Below are positions 9,832 to 18,917 of a stretch of DNA of 58,783 bases, piece by piece. Each line of letters begins with the position of its first letter. Within the stretch, counting starts at the first letter, position 1. Source of the stretch: Nitrososphaerota archaeon (GTDB lineage: Archaea > Thermoproteota > Nitrososphaeria > Nitrososphaerales > Nitrosopumilaceae); assembly GCA_032128215.1 (NCBI GenBank), contig JAQBHA010000016.1:1-58783 (forward strand), read 5' to 3'. A program made the position numbers and the translations under genes. The notes under the pieces were generated by a model. It was given only the letters and a program-made list of their open reading frames with translations, was not told the origin of the DNA and did no database searches.

Positions 9832-10780
9832 GATAAGATAAAATGATCATTATTGGAATTGTAAAAATCACACAGAATAAAATCGATGTTATCTTCATCA
9901 ATGCAATTGCAGAACATAGATGCGATTTTGTTAGAACTTGGTTTCCTTCACCAATACAATAATGATCAATTTTTTCAAATCTTGCCCCTAATGCCCCTGC
10001 AAGAGCAGCCATGGGATAACCTGCGTTAGGACTTTTAGTATTTTTACCATCTCTTTTCATTATGAGATATGATTTTTTCCAATCGTTGCCAAGGATCATG
10101 GCACCAATAATCATTACAAAACTTGTCATTCTTGCAGGAAGATAATTAAGTATATTATCACAATTTGCTCCAAACCATCCTATATTTCTAAAAATACTAG
10201 TTTTGTAACCAATCATAGAATCAATTGTGTTAACTATTCGATGTATGAATGCACCTGGAATTCCAAAAAAAGCAAAATAAAAGAGCGGCCCAGTAATTCC
10301 ATCTACAATATTCTCACTAATACTCTCAAGAGTACCTGAGAGTAAGTGATTTTTATCTAAATTCTTGGTATTTCTCTTTACAATCATGGATAGATTTGTC
10401 CTAGCAGCCTCAAGATCATTTTTCTCTATTGATAACATTACAGCCATGGCATGTTTTTCCATACCACGTATTGCAATTGTTGTTTTAAGTAATATTATAC
10501 CAATTACAACTGATACAATTGATGAAACAAATTCAATTGTAATATTATTAATTTCAATATTTAGAAAAACAAGAATTGTTGTTACAAAAGCAGTTACTGA
10601 TACAACTAAAATTATTCCACCGATCTTTTCTGCGTGAGGAGATTTGTTTTTTATAAGTGGAACAATCTTTGCAATCAAAGTTCCAATCCATGAAGTGGGA
10701 TGGAATTTATTTTTGGGATCACCTATGATAAGATCTAAAATAAGAGCAAAGGTAACCACCATAATAGATTCAAGTATCAT
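9809..10780 (-). CDS. cbiB: adenosylcobinamide-phosphate synthase CbiB/CobD
   Basis: 323-aa membrane protein with the CobD/CbiB family layout ('HPTSWIG', 'SPNAGYPMAALAGALG'). It overlaps both neighbours. Confidence 0.85.
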   Translation of the reverse strand: MILESIMVVTFALILDLIIGDPKNKFHPTSWIGTLIAKIVPLIKNKSPHAEKIGGIILVVSVTAFVTTILVFLNIEINNITIEFVSSIVSVVIGIILLKTTIAIRGMEKHAMAVMLSIEKNDLEAARTNLSMIVKRNTKNLDKNHLLSGTLESISENIVDGITGPLFYFAFFGIPGAFIHRIVNTIDSMIGYKTSIFRNIGWFGANCDNILNYLPARMTSFVMIIGAMILGNDWKKSYLIMKRDGKNTKSPNAGYPMAALAGALGARFEKIDHYCIGEGNQVLTKSHLCSAIALMKITSILFCVIFTIPIMIILSYLGWWIHA

Positions 10781-11604
10781 TTAATGAGCCTCTCTATAGC
10801 TTTGATGTTAATACTTGAATTTACTAATTTACTTAATTTTTCTATTTCTCTATCCATTATCTTGATATTTTTCTTGTTCCAAATCATAGTTTTAGGTTTA
10901 ACACCTAGTGAGTCCTCTTCAGGTAGTGAAAAGTTGGCCATAGGGATTGTTCCAAATACAGGTTTTCCTGTGTATCGCGTAATTTTTCTAAAGCCAGGTT
11001 TTAGAATCTCTATATCACCCCTGAATTTGTTAAAGACAAATCCTTTGACTAGTTTTCTATATTTTTGATCAAGTAATTGTAATGTCCCAACAAGACTTGC
11101 AAAAGAACCACCTCTATCTGTATCTGTAATTAAAATAACAGGGGAGTTTGATTTCGCTGCTACTCTCATATTTGCAATATCAAATTTTTCCAGATTAATC
11201 TCAGCTGGAGAGCCAGCTCCCTCCATTATTATAAGATCATATTTTTTGTTAAGTATATCAAGGGAATCAGAAATAAGGTTTAGACCATGTTGTAAAACGA
11301 ATTTTTTGTAATATTCATTTGCATAAAGTTTTTTATAGAATTTTCCTTGCAAAAAAATTGAGCTTCTATTATTTCCAAGTGGTTTTAGGAGAATTGGATT
11401 CATGTGAGGCGAAATTTCTGCCCTAGCGGCTATAGCCTGCATTGCTTGAGCACGAGAAATCTCAAAATCCTTACCTATGTAGGAATAATTTGACATATTT
11501 TGTGATTTAAATGGAGATACACTATATCCAGAATTTGCAAAAATTCTACATAGTGCAGCAACTAAGATAGTTTTACCTGCTCCAGATGAAGTGCCCTGAA
11601 TCAT
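10777..11604 (-). CDS. cobQ: cobyric acid synthase CobQ-like protein, ATPase (CbiA/CobQ N-terminal) domain only
   Basis: 275 aa. Has the 'GTSSGAGKT' P-loop, 'EGAGSPAEINL' and 'DTDRGG' motifs. No C-terminal glutamine amidotransferase domain is present. Confidence 0.65.
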   Translation of the reverse strand: MIQGTSSGAGKTILVAALCRIFANSGYSVSPFKSQNMSNYSYIGKDFEISRAQAMQAIAARAEISPHMNPILLKPLGNNRSSIFLQGKFYKKLYANEYYKKFVLQHGLNLISDSLDILNKKYDLIIMEGAGSPAEINLEKFDIANMRVAAKSNSPVILITDTDRGGSFASLVGTLQLLDQKYRKLVKGFVFNKFRGDIEILKPGFRKITRYTGKPVFGTIPMANFSLPEEDSLGVKPKTMIWNKKNIKIMDREIEKLSKLVNSSINIKAIERLIK

Positions 11605-11620
11605 TAGTGACTTTGTTAAG

Positions 11621-12697
11621 TTAAATCGCCTCCAATTCTTTGATGAGTTTTATATTATCTTTATGAGTTTTCACTGCAATTCTAATGTAGTTATTATTTA
11701 ATCCTCGAAATGAGTTACAATCTCGTATCAAAATGTTTTTCTTAAGTAATTTTTTTTGTAGAATATTAGATTTCATTTTAGTTTTAATTAAAATAAAATT
11801 AGCATCAGTATGTAAACATGAGAATCCATCAATTTTTGAAATAGAATCTCTTAAAATCCTTGTTTCTTTATTAATTATTTTAGAAGTTTCATCCAAGTAA
11901 TTATGATAGCATAATGCTGCACTTGCTGCCTTTTGAGCAATCCCACTTACATTCCAAGGAATTTTTATATTGTTTAGAACTGTAATTAGTTTTTTATTTC
12001 CCAGACCGTATCCTACTCGAATGCCCGCTAATCCAAATGATTTAGTTAATGAACGTAAAACAAAAAGATTGTTATATTTTTTTAAATATCTGACAACGGA
12101 TTGTTTAGAATCTGATAGTTCAATGAAACATTCATCCATAAAAACTAGTGTTGATCTTTTCTGTGATGTTGCAATTATTTTTTGCATTTTCTTTCTAGAG
12201 ATTAAAATTCCTGTTGGATTGTTTGGGTTACATAAGAATATACATCCTTTTTTAGGAATTTTTTTAATAAAAGTATCAAGATCGTTATTAAGATTCATTG
12301 TTTTAAAAAATAATAACTTTGAACCTTGCAGTTTTGCTGCTACCTCGTATTCACTAAATGTTGGAATAGGGATTAGCACGGAGGTTTTTTTATTTAGAAA
12401 AGCTTGACAAAAATTATAAATTATTTCAGTTGCACCATTTCCTACAACGATTTGATCTTCAGAAACTTTGGTGTACCATTTTAGATTTTTCCGTAATTCA
12501 GAAGAATCAGAATCTGGGTAAACGGATATTATTTTCATTTGTTTTGTAAGATATTTTTTTACACCTGGATGGTATCCGAGTGGATTAATGTTTGAACTAA
12601 AATCAATTATTCCTTGTTTTTTTGATTTAACTGAATACAGTCCCCCGTGTAATCTAGGTATGTGTTCTTTGACATTTTGGTTTGGAATTATTTTCAT
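11621..12697 (-). CDS. cobD: class I/II PLP aminotransferase-fold protein, probably L-threonine-O-3-phosphate decarboxylase
   Basis: 358 aa. HisC/CobD-like, with the 'LRSLTKSFGLAGIRVGY' PLP-lysine motif. It is the first gene of the cob operon. Confidence 0.6.
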   Translation of the reverse strand: MKIIPNQNVKEHIPRLHGGLYSVKSKKQGIIDFSSNINPLGYHPGVKKYLTKQMKIISVYPDSDSSELRKNLKWYTKVSEDQIVVGNGATEIIYNFCQAFLNKKTSVLIPIPTFSEYEVAAKLQGSKLLFFKTMNLNNDLDTFIKKIPKKGCIFLCNPNNPTGILISRKKMQKIIATSQKRSTLVFMDECFIELSDSKQSVVRYLKKYNNLFVLRSLTKSFGLAGIRVGYGLGNKKLITVLNNIKIPWNVSGIAQKAASAALCYHNYLDETSKIINKETRILRDSISKIDGFSCLHTDANFILIKTKMKSNILQKKLLKKNILIRDCNSFRGLNNNYIRIAVKTHKDNIKLIKELEAI

Positions 12698-12782
12698 TGA
12701 ATTAAATTGATACAGTGGGATTTAGTGTGTTTTGGTTTAGCTCACTAAAAGATTATTAACAGAACATGAAGAAATTTGATCT

Positions 12783-13859
12783 GTGAAAAAAAAAGTTGCA
12801 ATTATTGGGGTAACAGGCTCAGTAGGTCAAGAATTTGTAGTTTCACTTAGGGATCATCCTTGGTTTGAGGTAACTCAAATTGCAGCTTCAGAAAGATCTG
12901 CTGGGAAAAAGTACCTAGATGCCATTAGGGATCCAAATAGTGGAATTACGAACTGGCAAGTAGGAGGAAGTATTCCAGATTATATCAAAGATATGATAGT
13001 GGTGTCCGTAGATGATCTCAGAGTAGAAGATCTTGATCTCGTATTCTCATCAATTGAAAGTGAGGCAGCCAAAGAAATTGAGGCTCGTTTTGCAAAAGAT
13101 TTACCCGTAATCAGTACATCGTCAGCGTATAGATATGAAGATGATGTACCGATTCTGATACCTGGAATTAATGATGAACAGTCTGATTTGCTAGATGTTC
13201 AAAAAAAGAATCGCAACTGGAAGGGTTTTGTAGCTCCTCTTCCAAATTGTACTACAACTGGTCTGGCAATTACAATGAAACCACTTTATGAAAAGTATGG
13301 TGCAAAGAAGGTTTTGATGACATCAATGCAGGCAATTTCCGGTGCAGGAAGAGCTCCAGGGGTATCAGCTATGGATATTACAGGCAATATTATTCCGTAC
13401 ATCCCAAAAGAAGAAGAAAAGGTTAGAATTGAAACTGCAAAGATACTTGGTAAATTAAAGAATGGAAAGATTGAACCAGCTGATATCAAAGTAAGCTGCA
13501 CCTGTACACGTGTACCAGTTATTGATGGACATACTGAATCAGTGTTTGTAGAAACATCAGAACCAATTGATCCAAAATCAGCTAAGAAATCCTATGAGGA
13601 ATATTCTAAAAATATCTCAGTAGCTGGCTTGCCATCGGCTCCACCAGATTACTTGCTAGTATATGATGACCCTACAAGACCACAACCAAGAATCGAACGA
13701 GAAATTAACGAAGGTATGACTACCACAGTTGGCAGATTAGAAGAAACCCTATTTGATCATGGAATCAAGTACATGTTATTCTCACATAACAAAAAGATGG
13801 GTTCTGCAAAGGGAGCAGTACTTTTAGCGGAAATGCTATACAAAAAAGGCAAAATCTAA
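12783..13859 (+). CDS. asd: aspartate-semialdehyde dehydrogenase
   Basis: 358 aa with a GTG start. Has the 'VAIIGVTGSVGQ' Rossmann motif, the catalytic 'PNCTTTGL' motif and 'AISGAG'. Confidence 0.9.
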   Translation: MKKKVAIIGVTGSVGQEFVVSLRDHPWFEVTQIAASERSAGKKYLDAIRDPNSGITNWQVGGSIPDYIKDMIVVSVDDLRVEDLDLVFSSIESEAAKEIEARFAKDLPVISTSSAYRYEDDVPILIPGINDEQSDLLDVQKKNRNWKGFVAPLPNCTTTGLAITMKPLYEKYGAKKVLMTSMQAISGAGRAPGVSAMDITGNIIPYIPKEEEKVRIETAKILGKLKNGKIEPADIKVSCTCTRVPVIDGHTESVFVETSEPIDPKSAKKSYEEYSKNISVAGLPSAPPDYLLVYDDPTRPQPRIEREINEGMTTTVGRLEETLFDHGIKYMLFSHNKKMGSAKGAVLLAEMLYKKGKI

Positions 13860-13929
13860 ACTAATTTTATAAAAATTTCAATAATAGCTTTATTAGTTAG
13901 ATATTTCTGAACGATCTTTACTGGTTCTT

Positions 13930-14388
13930 ATGGTAAAAATTGATGATTTAGATCTCCAAATTTTATCTGAATTAAGTGAGGATGCAGCTATTTCTGTTCC
14001 TAAACTATCAAAGAAAATCAAAGTAAATTCGTCTGTGGTATATAGTAGAATTAAGAGACTCGTTAAACGGAAACTTATTGAGCGTTTTACAATTGTGGTA
14101 AATGATCAAGAGTTAGGATATCAAGTAAAGGCATTGGCTGGACTAAATATGGATTCCAAGCAACGGGATAATGTAATTGATGAGTTATTCAAGATTGATG
14201 GAGTACGTGAGATCGCTGAAGTCACTGGTAGGTTTGATATTTTAGTAACAATGTATGCAAAAACCCTAGATGAGATGCACAAACTTATTTCGGATAAGAT
14301 CGGACGAATTCAGGGAGTAATTAGCACTGAAAGCTTCATTGAGATGAAGACTAGGACAAAGTCTATGCCTTATATGCCTTCAAAATAG
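13930..14388 (+). CDS. Lrp/AsnC family transcriptional regulator
   Basis: 152 aa. Has an N-terminal HTH ('DDLDLQILSELSEDAAISVPKLSKKI') and a C-terminal RAM domain. Confidence 0.85.
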   Translation: MVKIDDLDLQILSELSEDAAISVPKLSKKIKVNSSVVYSRIKRLVKRKLIERFTIVVNDQELGYQVKALAGLNMDSKQRDNVIDELFKIDGVREIAEVTGRFDILVTMYAKTLDEMHKLISDKIGRIQGVISTESFIEMKTRTKSMPYMPSK

Positions 14389-14440
14389 CTTTGGTACATT
14401 TAATTTTAAGAAAGACTGGTTTTGGACTAGGTGTTGATTA

Positions 14441-15367
14441 ATGCAAAAAGCAAAAGTTGAATCTCGCATCAAAGTTTACTATGAGCTGACAAAGCCAAAA
14501 ATTTGGTATCTTCTAGTGTTTACTGCTTTTGCTGCTGCAATTACTGCATCAAACATCTATTCCGTTGAGATCTCACCAGTAACTTGGGCTTTGATGTTAT
14601 TTGGAGTGGCTGCGGGTTCAGCAGCGGCAAATACCCTGACTAATTATCATGACAGAGATATTGATGCAATCATGGAGAGGACAAAGGGAAGACCAATTCC
14701 GAGTGGAAGAATTGCACCAGAAAAGGCTCGTGACTTTGGTTTGGTGTTAGCTGGAATATCATTAGCTTGCGCATTTGCTATTTCTTACACTACATCATTT
14801 TGGCAGGGAGTTTTAGCTACCTCTTTTATGGCCTTTGGTTTAGCCGACAATATCTTTGTGTATAGTTATTTACTGAAAAGACGAAGTTGGACGAATATTA
14901 TTCTTGGTGGCTTTTCAGGTGGAGCACCAGCAATGATAGGATATGTTATAGTAACAACTCAAGGATTATGGGATCTTGGTTTGGTAATGGCAGCTCTTGT
15001 CTTTGTTTGGATTCCAATGCACATATGGGCATTGACACTACATTTTAGGGATGATTATAATAAAGTCAATGTTCCAATGCTGACAGCTACTCGTTCAGAA
15101 GGCACTGCTGCTAGAATTATAGCTGGAACCACATTAATGATGGTTTTATTTTCTATGGTTCCGTTTTTTCTTACTCATGAAGATGGAACATCTGTGATGG
15201 GCCAAGTGTATCTGTATACTGCCATAGCTTCTGGAGCATTGATGATAGTTTTGAGTGGTTGGGTTATCAAAAAACCATCCGAACAATCCTCATGGATTCT
15301 TTTCAAATTCTCAAGCCCATACCTAGCTGTATTATTTATCGCTCTAATGGTAGACTCTGCATTATAA
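14441..15367 (+). CDS. ctaB: protoheme IX farnesyltransferase (heme O synthase)
   Basis: 308-aa UbiA-family membrane prenyltransferase with a 'NYHDRDIDAIMERTKGRP' motif. Confidence 0.85.
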   Translation: MQKAKVESRIKVYYELTKPKIWYLLVFTAFAAAITASNIYSVEISPVTWALMLFGVAAGSAAANTLTNYHDRDIDAIMERTKGRPIPSGRIAPEKARDFGLVLAGISLACAFAISYTTSFWQGVLATSFMAFGLADNIFVYSYLLKRRSWTNIILGGFSGGAPAMIGYVIVTTQGLWDLGLVMAALVFVWIPMHIWALTLHFRDDYNKVNVPMLTATRSEGTAARIIAGTTLMMVLFSMVPFFLTHEDGTSVMGQVYLYTAIASGALMIVLSGWVIKKPSEQSSWILFKFSSPYLAVLFIALMVDSAL

Positions 15368-15396
15368 AATAAGTGTAAACTAAAGATAGTCATCTG

Positions 15397-15582
15397 ATGT
15401 TCATTATGGACATAAATTGGATTAAAAGAAAAATTTGTTTATTAAAAATATTGATTCAATACTGTAAGAAATGTGGAAAAAAACTGAAAGATATTTCCTC
15501 TGAAGGAAGTTACTGTTCATTAGAATGTGCTTATAATATCTATGAAATTAATTTTGATAAAATTACGGTAACACGACCTTAG
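15397..15582 (+). CDS. small putative zinc-ribbon protein
   Basis: 61-aa ORF with 'CKKCGKK...CSLEC'. There is no other support. Confidence 0.3.
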   Translation: MFIMDINWIKRKICLLKILIQYCKKCGKKLKDISSEGSYCSLECAYNIYEINFDKITVTRP

Positions 15583-15804
15583 TCTCTCAAAAACACATTA
15601 TACCAAAAAGTCTAGGAACTTAAGACCAGAAACGGTGGTATTCTGATGACAGTTCCAATACCGATTGAATTATTCTGGAGTATTTAGATCATACTGATGA
15701 TTTCTACGAAAGTGATTTAATACAATTTTACAAATCAGTTCTAGCATACCCAGACCACACTTGAGCTATTCCCAGACCAACCGACGGGAGTAATCATACG
15801 TTGT

Positions 15805-15828
15805 GAGGGGAGGTACCGGCCTCCCCTC
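15805..15828. other. GC-rich perfect hairpin (9-bp stem GAGGGGAGG/CCTCCCCTC, 6-nt loop) in an intergenic region
   Basis: Read directly. It is conspicuous in AT-rich surroundings. It is preceded by two copies of CCCAGACCA at 15749-15757 and 15771-15779. Confidence 0.5.
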
Positions 15829-15899
15829 ATTAATAAAATAGGATTGCACTGATCTGTTCCTCCGAAATCTTATCTAATGAAGTCTGATTATAGAGATCC

Positions 15900-16673
15900 T
15901 TGAGTGTAAGTATTGGATTAGTGTTGATTCCAATTTTTCTAATAGGCATAGCCTTTGGTTTAGGAATAATCGAATTTTCGCCGCAAGGAGGTAGCATATT
16001 TGTACAAAGCCTTCAGAATACAAGGGACGAGATCTTAGATCTTGCACAAGGCAAAACTACCATCCATGAAAGTCTTGATAAAGCTAATATCTCTGTAGGA
16101 GAGGCTACAGAAGAAAGTAGTAAAAAACTAGATAATGTAATAAAATATGCTCAGAAAAAGGTAGCTCTTTCACAAGTTGATGAAAACAAACCAGAGTTTG
16201 ATCCTAAACAAATTGAATACCTTGTTCATGAGCTTACAAATAAAGAACGAAAAAAGTATGGTCTTTCACAATTAACATTTGATTCTGAGATTATTCAGAT
16301 TGCACGAGGGCATAGTCTTGATATGGCATCAAGAGAATATTTTGCACATGAAACACCAGAAGGTTTTACTCCTTCAGATAGAGCGGAACAGGATGGATAT
16401 TCTTGTCAAAAAATTGTTGGTTTACTAATCTATTCAGGAATTGCAGAAAATATCTTTCAGGGATATCTTTTTGATTCTTATTATACCATAAATGGCGAAA
16501 TTACATCGTATGATTGGAGTACAGAAGAGAAAATAGCAAAGATTACTGTTGATGGATGGATGAATTCTCTAGGTCACAGAGAAAATATACTAACAGGTAT
16601 TTTTGATAGAGAAGGCATTGGTGTTGAAATTACAGAGGATTCCAAAGTGTATGTTACTCAGAATTTTTGCTAG
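15900..16673 (+). CDS. membrane-anchored or secreted CAP/SCP (YkwD-like) domain protein
   Basis: 257 aa with a TTG start and an N-terminal TM helix. The C-terminal motifs 'ARGHSLDMASREYFAHETPEG' and 'GWMNSLGHRENIL' are typical of CAP domains. Confidence 0.75.
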   Translation: MSVSIGLVLIPIFLIGIAFGLGIIEFSPQGGSIFVQSLQNTRDEILDLAQGKTTIHESLDKANISVGEATEESSKKLDNVIKYAQKKVALSQVDENKPEFDPKQIEYLVHELTNKERKKYGLSQLTFDSEIIQIARGHSLDMASREYFAHETPEGFTPSDRAEQDGYSCQKIVGLLIYSGIAENIFQGYLFDSYYTINGEITSYDWSTEEKIAKITVDGWMNSLGHRENILTGIFDREGIGVEITEDSKVYVTQNFC

Positions 16674-16958
16674 TTAGAGATTATTGAAAATATGGATAAC
16701 TTATCAATTCTTCGCATGTTTTATATCCAAAAATTCTATTTTTGATTCATGATAATATTTGCTAATCGAATTATCTATTATTTTTTAATATTGAAACCTG
16801 ATTTTGAAAAAATCTTTGATATGGCTTCTTATCTTATTGGATATTAGGAATAAAGTAAATGTAGAAAGAAAATCTGCTCAAAATCTATTTCTATGATGCT
16901 ATAGGTCAATAAGTAACAACGTAGTTGCTGAATAATAAAAAACCCAATTTGAGGTCAA

Positions 16959-17603
16959 ATGTATAAGAATTTTATTTCAGTGCTTGCTATAATTTTTCTG
17001 TTTGGAACAATAACTAGTTTTTCAGAAGCAGAACTAAGTACACCGTTTGAATATTTCTCAACCGGGGGAGATATTGTAGATTTTGAGCTTGATTTCAAAG
17101 ACATTGAGGTAATACTTGATGTTAAAGTAACTGAGAGTCCTTCAACTTTTGAGATTACATTTGAACGAGAGTTTTTTGATTCAACAAACTTAGAGCAAGA
17201 TAGCGAGTTTACAATAATTGCTGATGGTGATCTTGTGTATTATGACGAGATTGTTACGAACTCAAAATATCGAACTATCAAATTTAATTTATCTTCTGAC
17301 ATTGAACTAGTTGAAATTTTCGGGACACATCTCAAAGGGATTATAGCCCAGTCCCCAATTATTGAAATTTCTAAGAAAATTCCATCTACCCAAGTTGAAC
17401 AGACTGGAAAAATAAATGAATTAATAGAAGAAAATCAAGTGCTTCACAAAGAAAATAATCTTCTTAAAGAAACAAATGAAGAGTTGGATGATAGAATTTT
17501 TGATCTTGAAAATCTAGTTTCTGCCTTAGAAGTACAAGTTACTAATCTCAATACAATCGTTACGGATCAAATAAAAGGCATTTACAATTGGATTCTAAAA
17601 TAA
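16959..17603 (+). CDS. secreted hypothetical protein with a C-terminal coiled-coil
   Basis: 214 aa with a signal-peptide-like N-terminus and heptad-rich 'NELIEENQVLHKENNLLKETNEELDDRIFDLENL'. Confidence 0.55.
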   Translation: MYKNFISVLAIIFLFGTITSFSEAELSTPFEYFSTGGDIVDFELDFKDIEVILDVKVTESPSTFEITFEREFFDSTNLEQDSEFTIIADGDLVYYDEIVTNSKYRTIKFNLSSDIELVEIFGTHLKGIIAQSPIIEISKKIPSTQVEQTGKINELIEENQVLHKENNLLKETNEELDDRIFDLENLVSALEVQVTNLNTIVTDQIKGIYNWILK

Positions 17604-17623
17604 TCAATTAATCAGATAGATAT

Positions 17624-17875
17624 CTAATAATTAAAATCTAATTTTTTTATTTTTTCCATTCGTAGTAGATGTTCTTTGATTGTGGAATTTATAGACGCTA
17701 AACATTCAGCGGTTTCTGCTGCATCATTTTTTAAATTTGAGATTTTTTCTTTTGTATGGTCAAATTCTGCATGAGGTGTTTGTTCAGTGGAGTTAATGAG
17801 TTCAACTGATGCAGCATCCTTGATTTCCAATTTCGATAAAGATTTTGTCATGACTTTGCTTATGATTTTTGTCAA
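17624..17875 (-). CDS. hypothetical protein
   Basis: 83-aa ORF with no motif recognised. Confidence 0.35.
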   Translation of the reverse strand: MTKIISKVMTKSLSKLEIKDAASVELINSTEQTPHAEFDHTKEKISNLKNDAAETAECLASINSTIKEHLLRMEKIKKLDFNY

Positions 17876-17987
17876 TTAACAATTTGTTTGTAAATTTATT
17901 GCAACAGATCTGTATTTAAAAAGAGAAAAAATGTGTGTCATATAATCTAAGAATTCTTTTTTGATTGCTTGTATCTTCCCATTTATT

Positions 17988-18326
17988 CTAATACCATGTG
18001 TCGGGTTCAAATGAGGTCGGTTTTTCTTTATTTTCTATTTTTTCTAAAACAGGGGACCAATCAGAATTTTCTTCTTTTGCTTGAACAATAGCGTTTTTGT
18101 ACATAAGTTCAAATGTCCACTTTAAAATTTCACTCCATATTGCTTTTAGTGACTCTTCATCTGTCCAAAAAACACTGGTTTTAACTGTAGTCATAGCTAC
18201 AATATTTCTTGGATTAGGTTTGGGTTCTGCTTTCCATTTTACAAGTACTTTATCACAAAATTCCAAGATTTCTTTTTTTGGTGGAACTAAGCTAAAAGGA
18301 TCAAACTCCTTGGTTACTTTTTTCAT
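17988..18326 (-). CDS. hypothetical protein
   Basis: 112-aa ORF with Trp-rich, balanced composition. The antisense ORF 18097..18408 looks like a shadow frame. Confidence 0.45.
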   Translation of the reverse strand: MKKVTKEFDPFSLVPPKKEILEFCDKVLVKWKAEPKPNPRNIVAMTTVKTSVFWTDEESLKAIWSEILKWTFELMYKNAIVQAKEENSDWSPVLEKIENKEKPTSFEPDTWY

Positions 18327-18420
18327 TGGAATTAATAAAAAACTACTCTGCGATAAATGTTACAAGTCAACTCGATTTAAGGATAAAGAAACAATTTATG
18401 AAGGATAACAATGCAATCTA

Positions 18421-18834
18421 ATGATGTCTAAAATCAGTAAACCTACCAATGAGTGGGATAAACTATGGCAAGAATATTCAAAGGTATTACAGAAATGGAA
18501 AGAAGTATTTGAGACATTTCAAAACACAACTACTGAAATGCAAAAAAAATACAATGAAGTCATGGGGATAGCCGCCAATGAATCAAGTAAAGACACCATG
18601 AAGCAATTTGGGGAAAATTGGCAAAAAGCTATGAGTCAGTCTGGAGTAGATATATTCAAACAATTTAGTGATAATTGGGAAAAAGCAATGAATGAATATA
18701 CTTCGAATGCATTCAAACAATTTGGAGAGAGCTGGCAAAAAACAATGAGTCAGTCTGGAATGGAATCATTCAAGTCCTATGGTGAAATGATGAACAAATT
18801 TGCAGAAACTTGGAAAAATATGTGGCCTAAATAA
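18421..18834 (+). CDS. hypothetical protein with four tandem ~19-aa 'FKQFGxxWxKxM' repeats
   Basis: 137 aa. The repeats are visible at both protein and DNA level, for example 'atgagtcagtctgga' occurs twice. Confidence 0.55.
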   Translation: MMSKISKPTNEWDKLWQEYSKVLQKWKEVFETFQNTTTEMQKKYNEVMGIAANESSKDTMKQFGENWQKAMSQSGVDIFKQFSDNWEKAMNEYTSNAFKQFGESWQKTMSQSGMESFKSYGEMMNKFAETWKNMWPK

Positions 18835-18917
18835 TAAATCAAAATATAATTATAAATGTAAATCGTATAAAAAAAATTATTTGCTTAAAATAAAAAGAGA
18901 CAAAAGTCAATCCATTT

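Noticed and set aside
15640-15715. Possible C/D-box sRNA: two UGAUGA motifs (15644-15649 and 15694-15699), each followed 12 nt later by a 4-mer
   Set aside because: The would-be D' and D boxes read CGAU and UGAU rather than CUGA. The D'-to-C' spacer is about 29 nt, far longer than in archaeal C/D sRNAs. No terminal stem or kink-turn pairing was seen. UGAUGA is not rare in AT-rich sequence.
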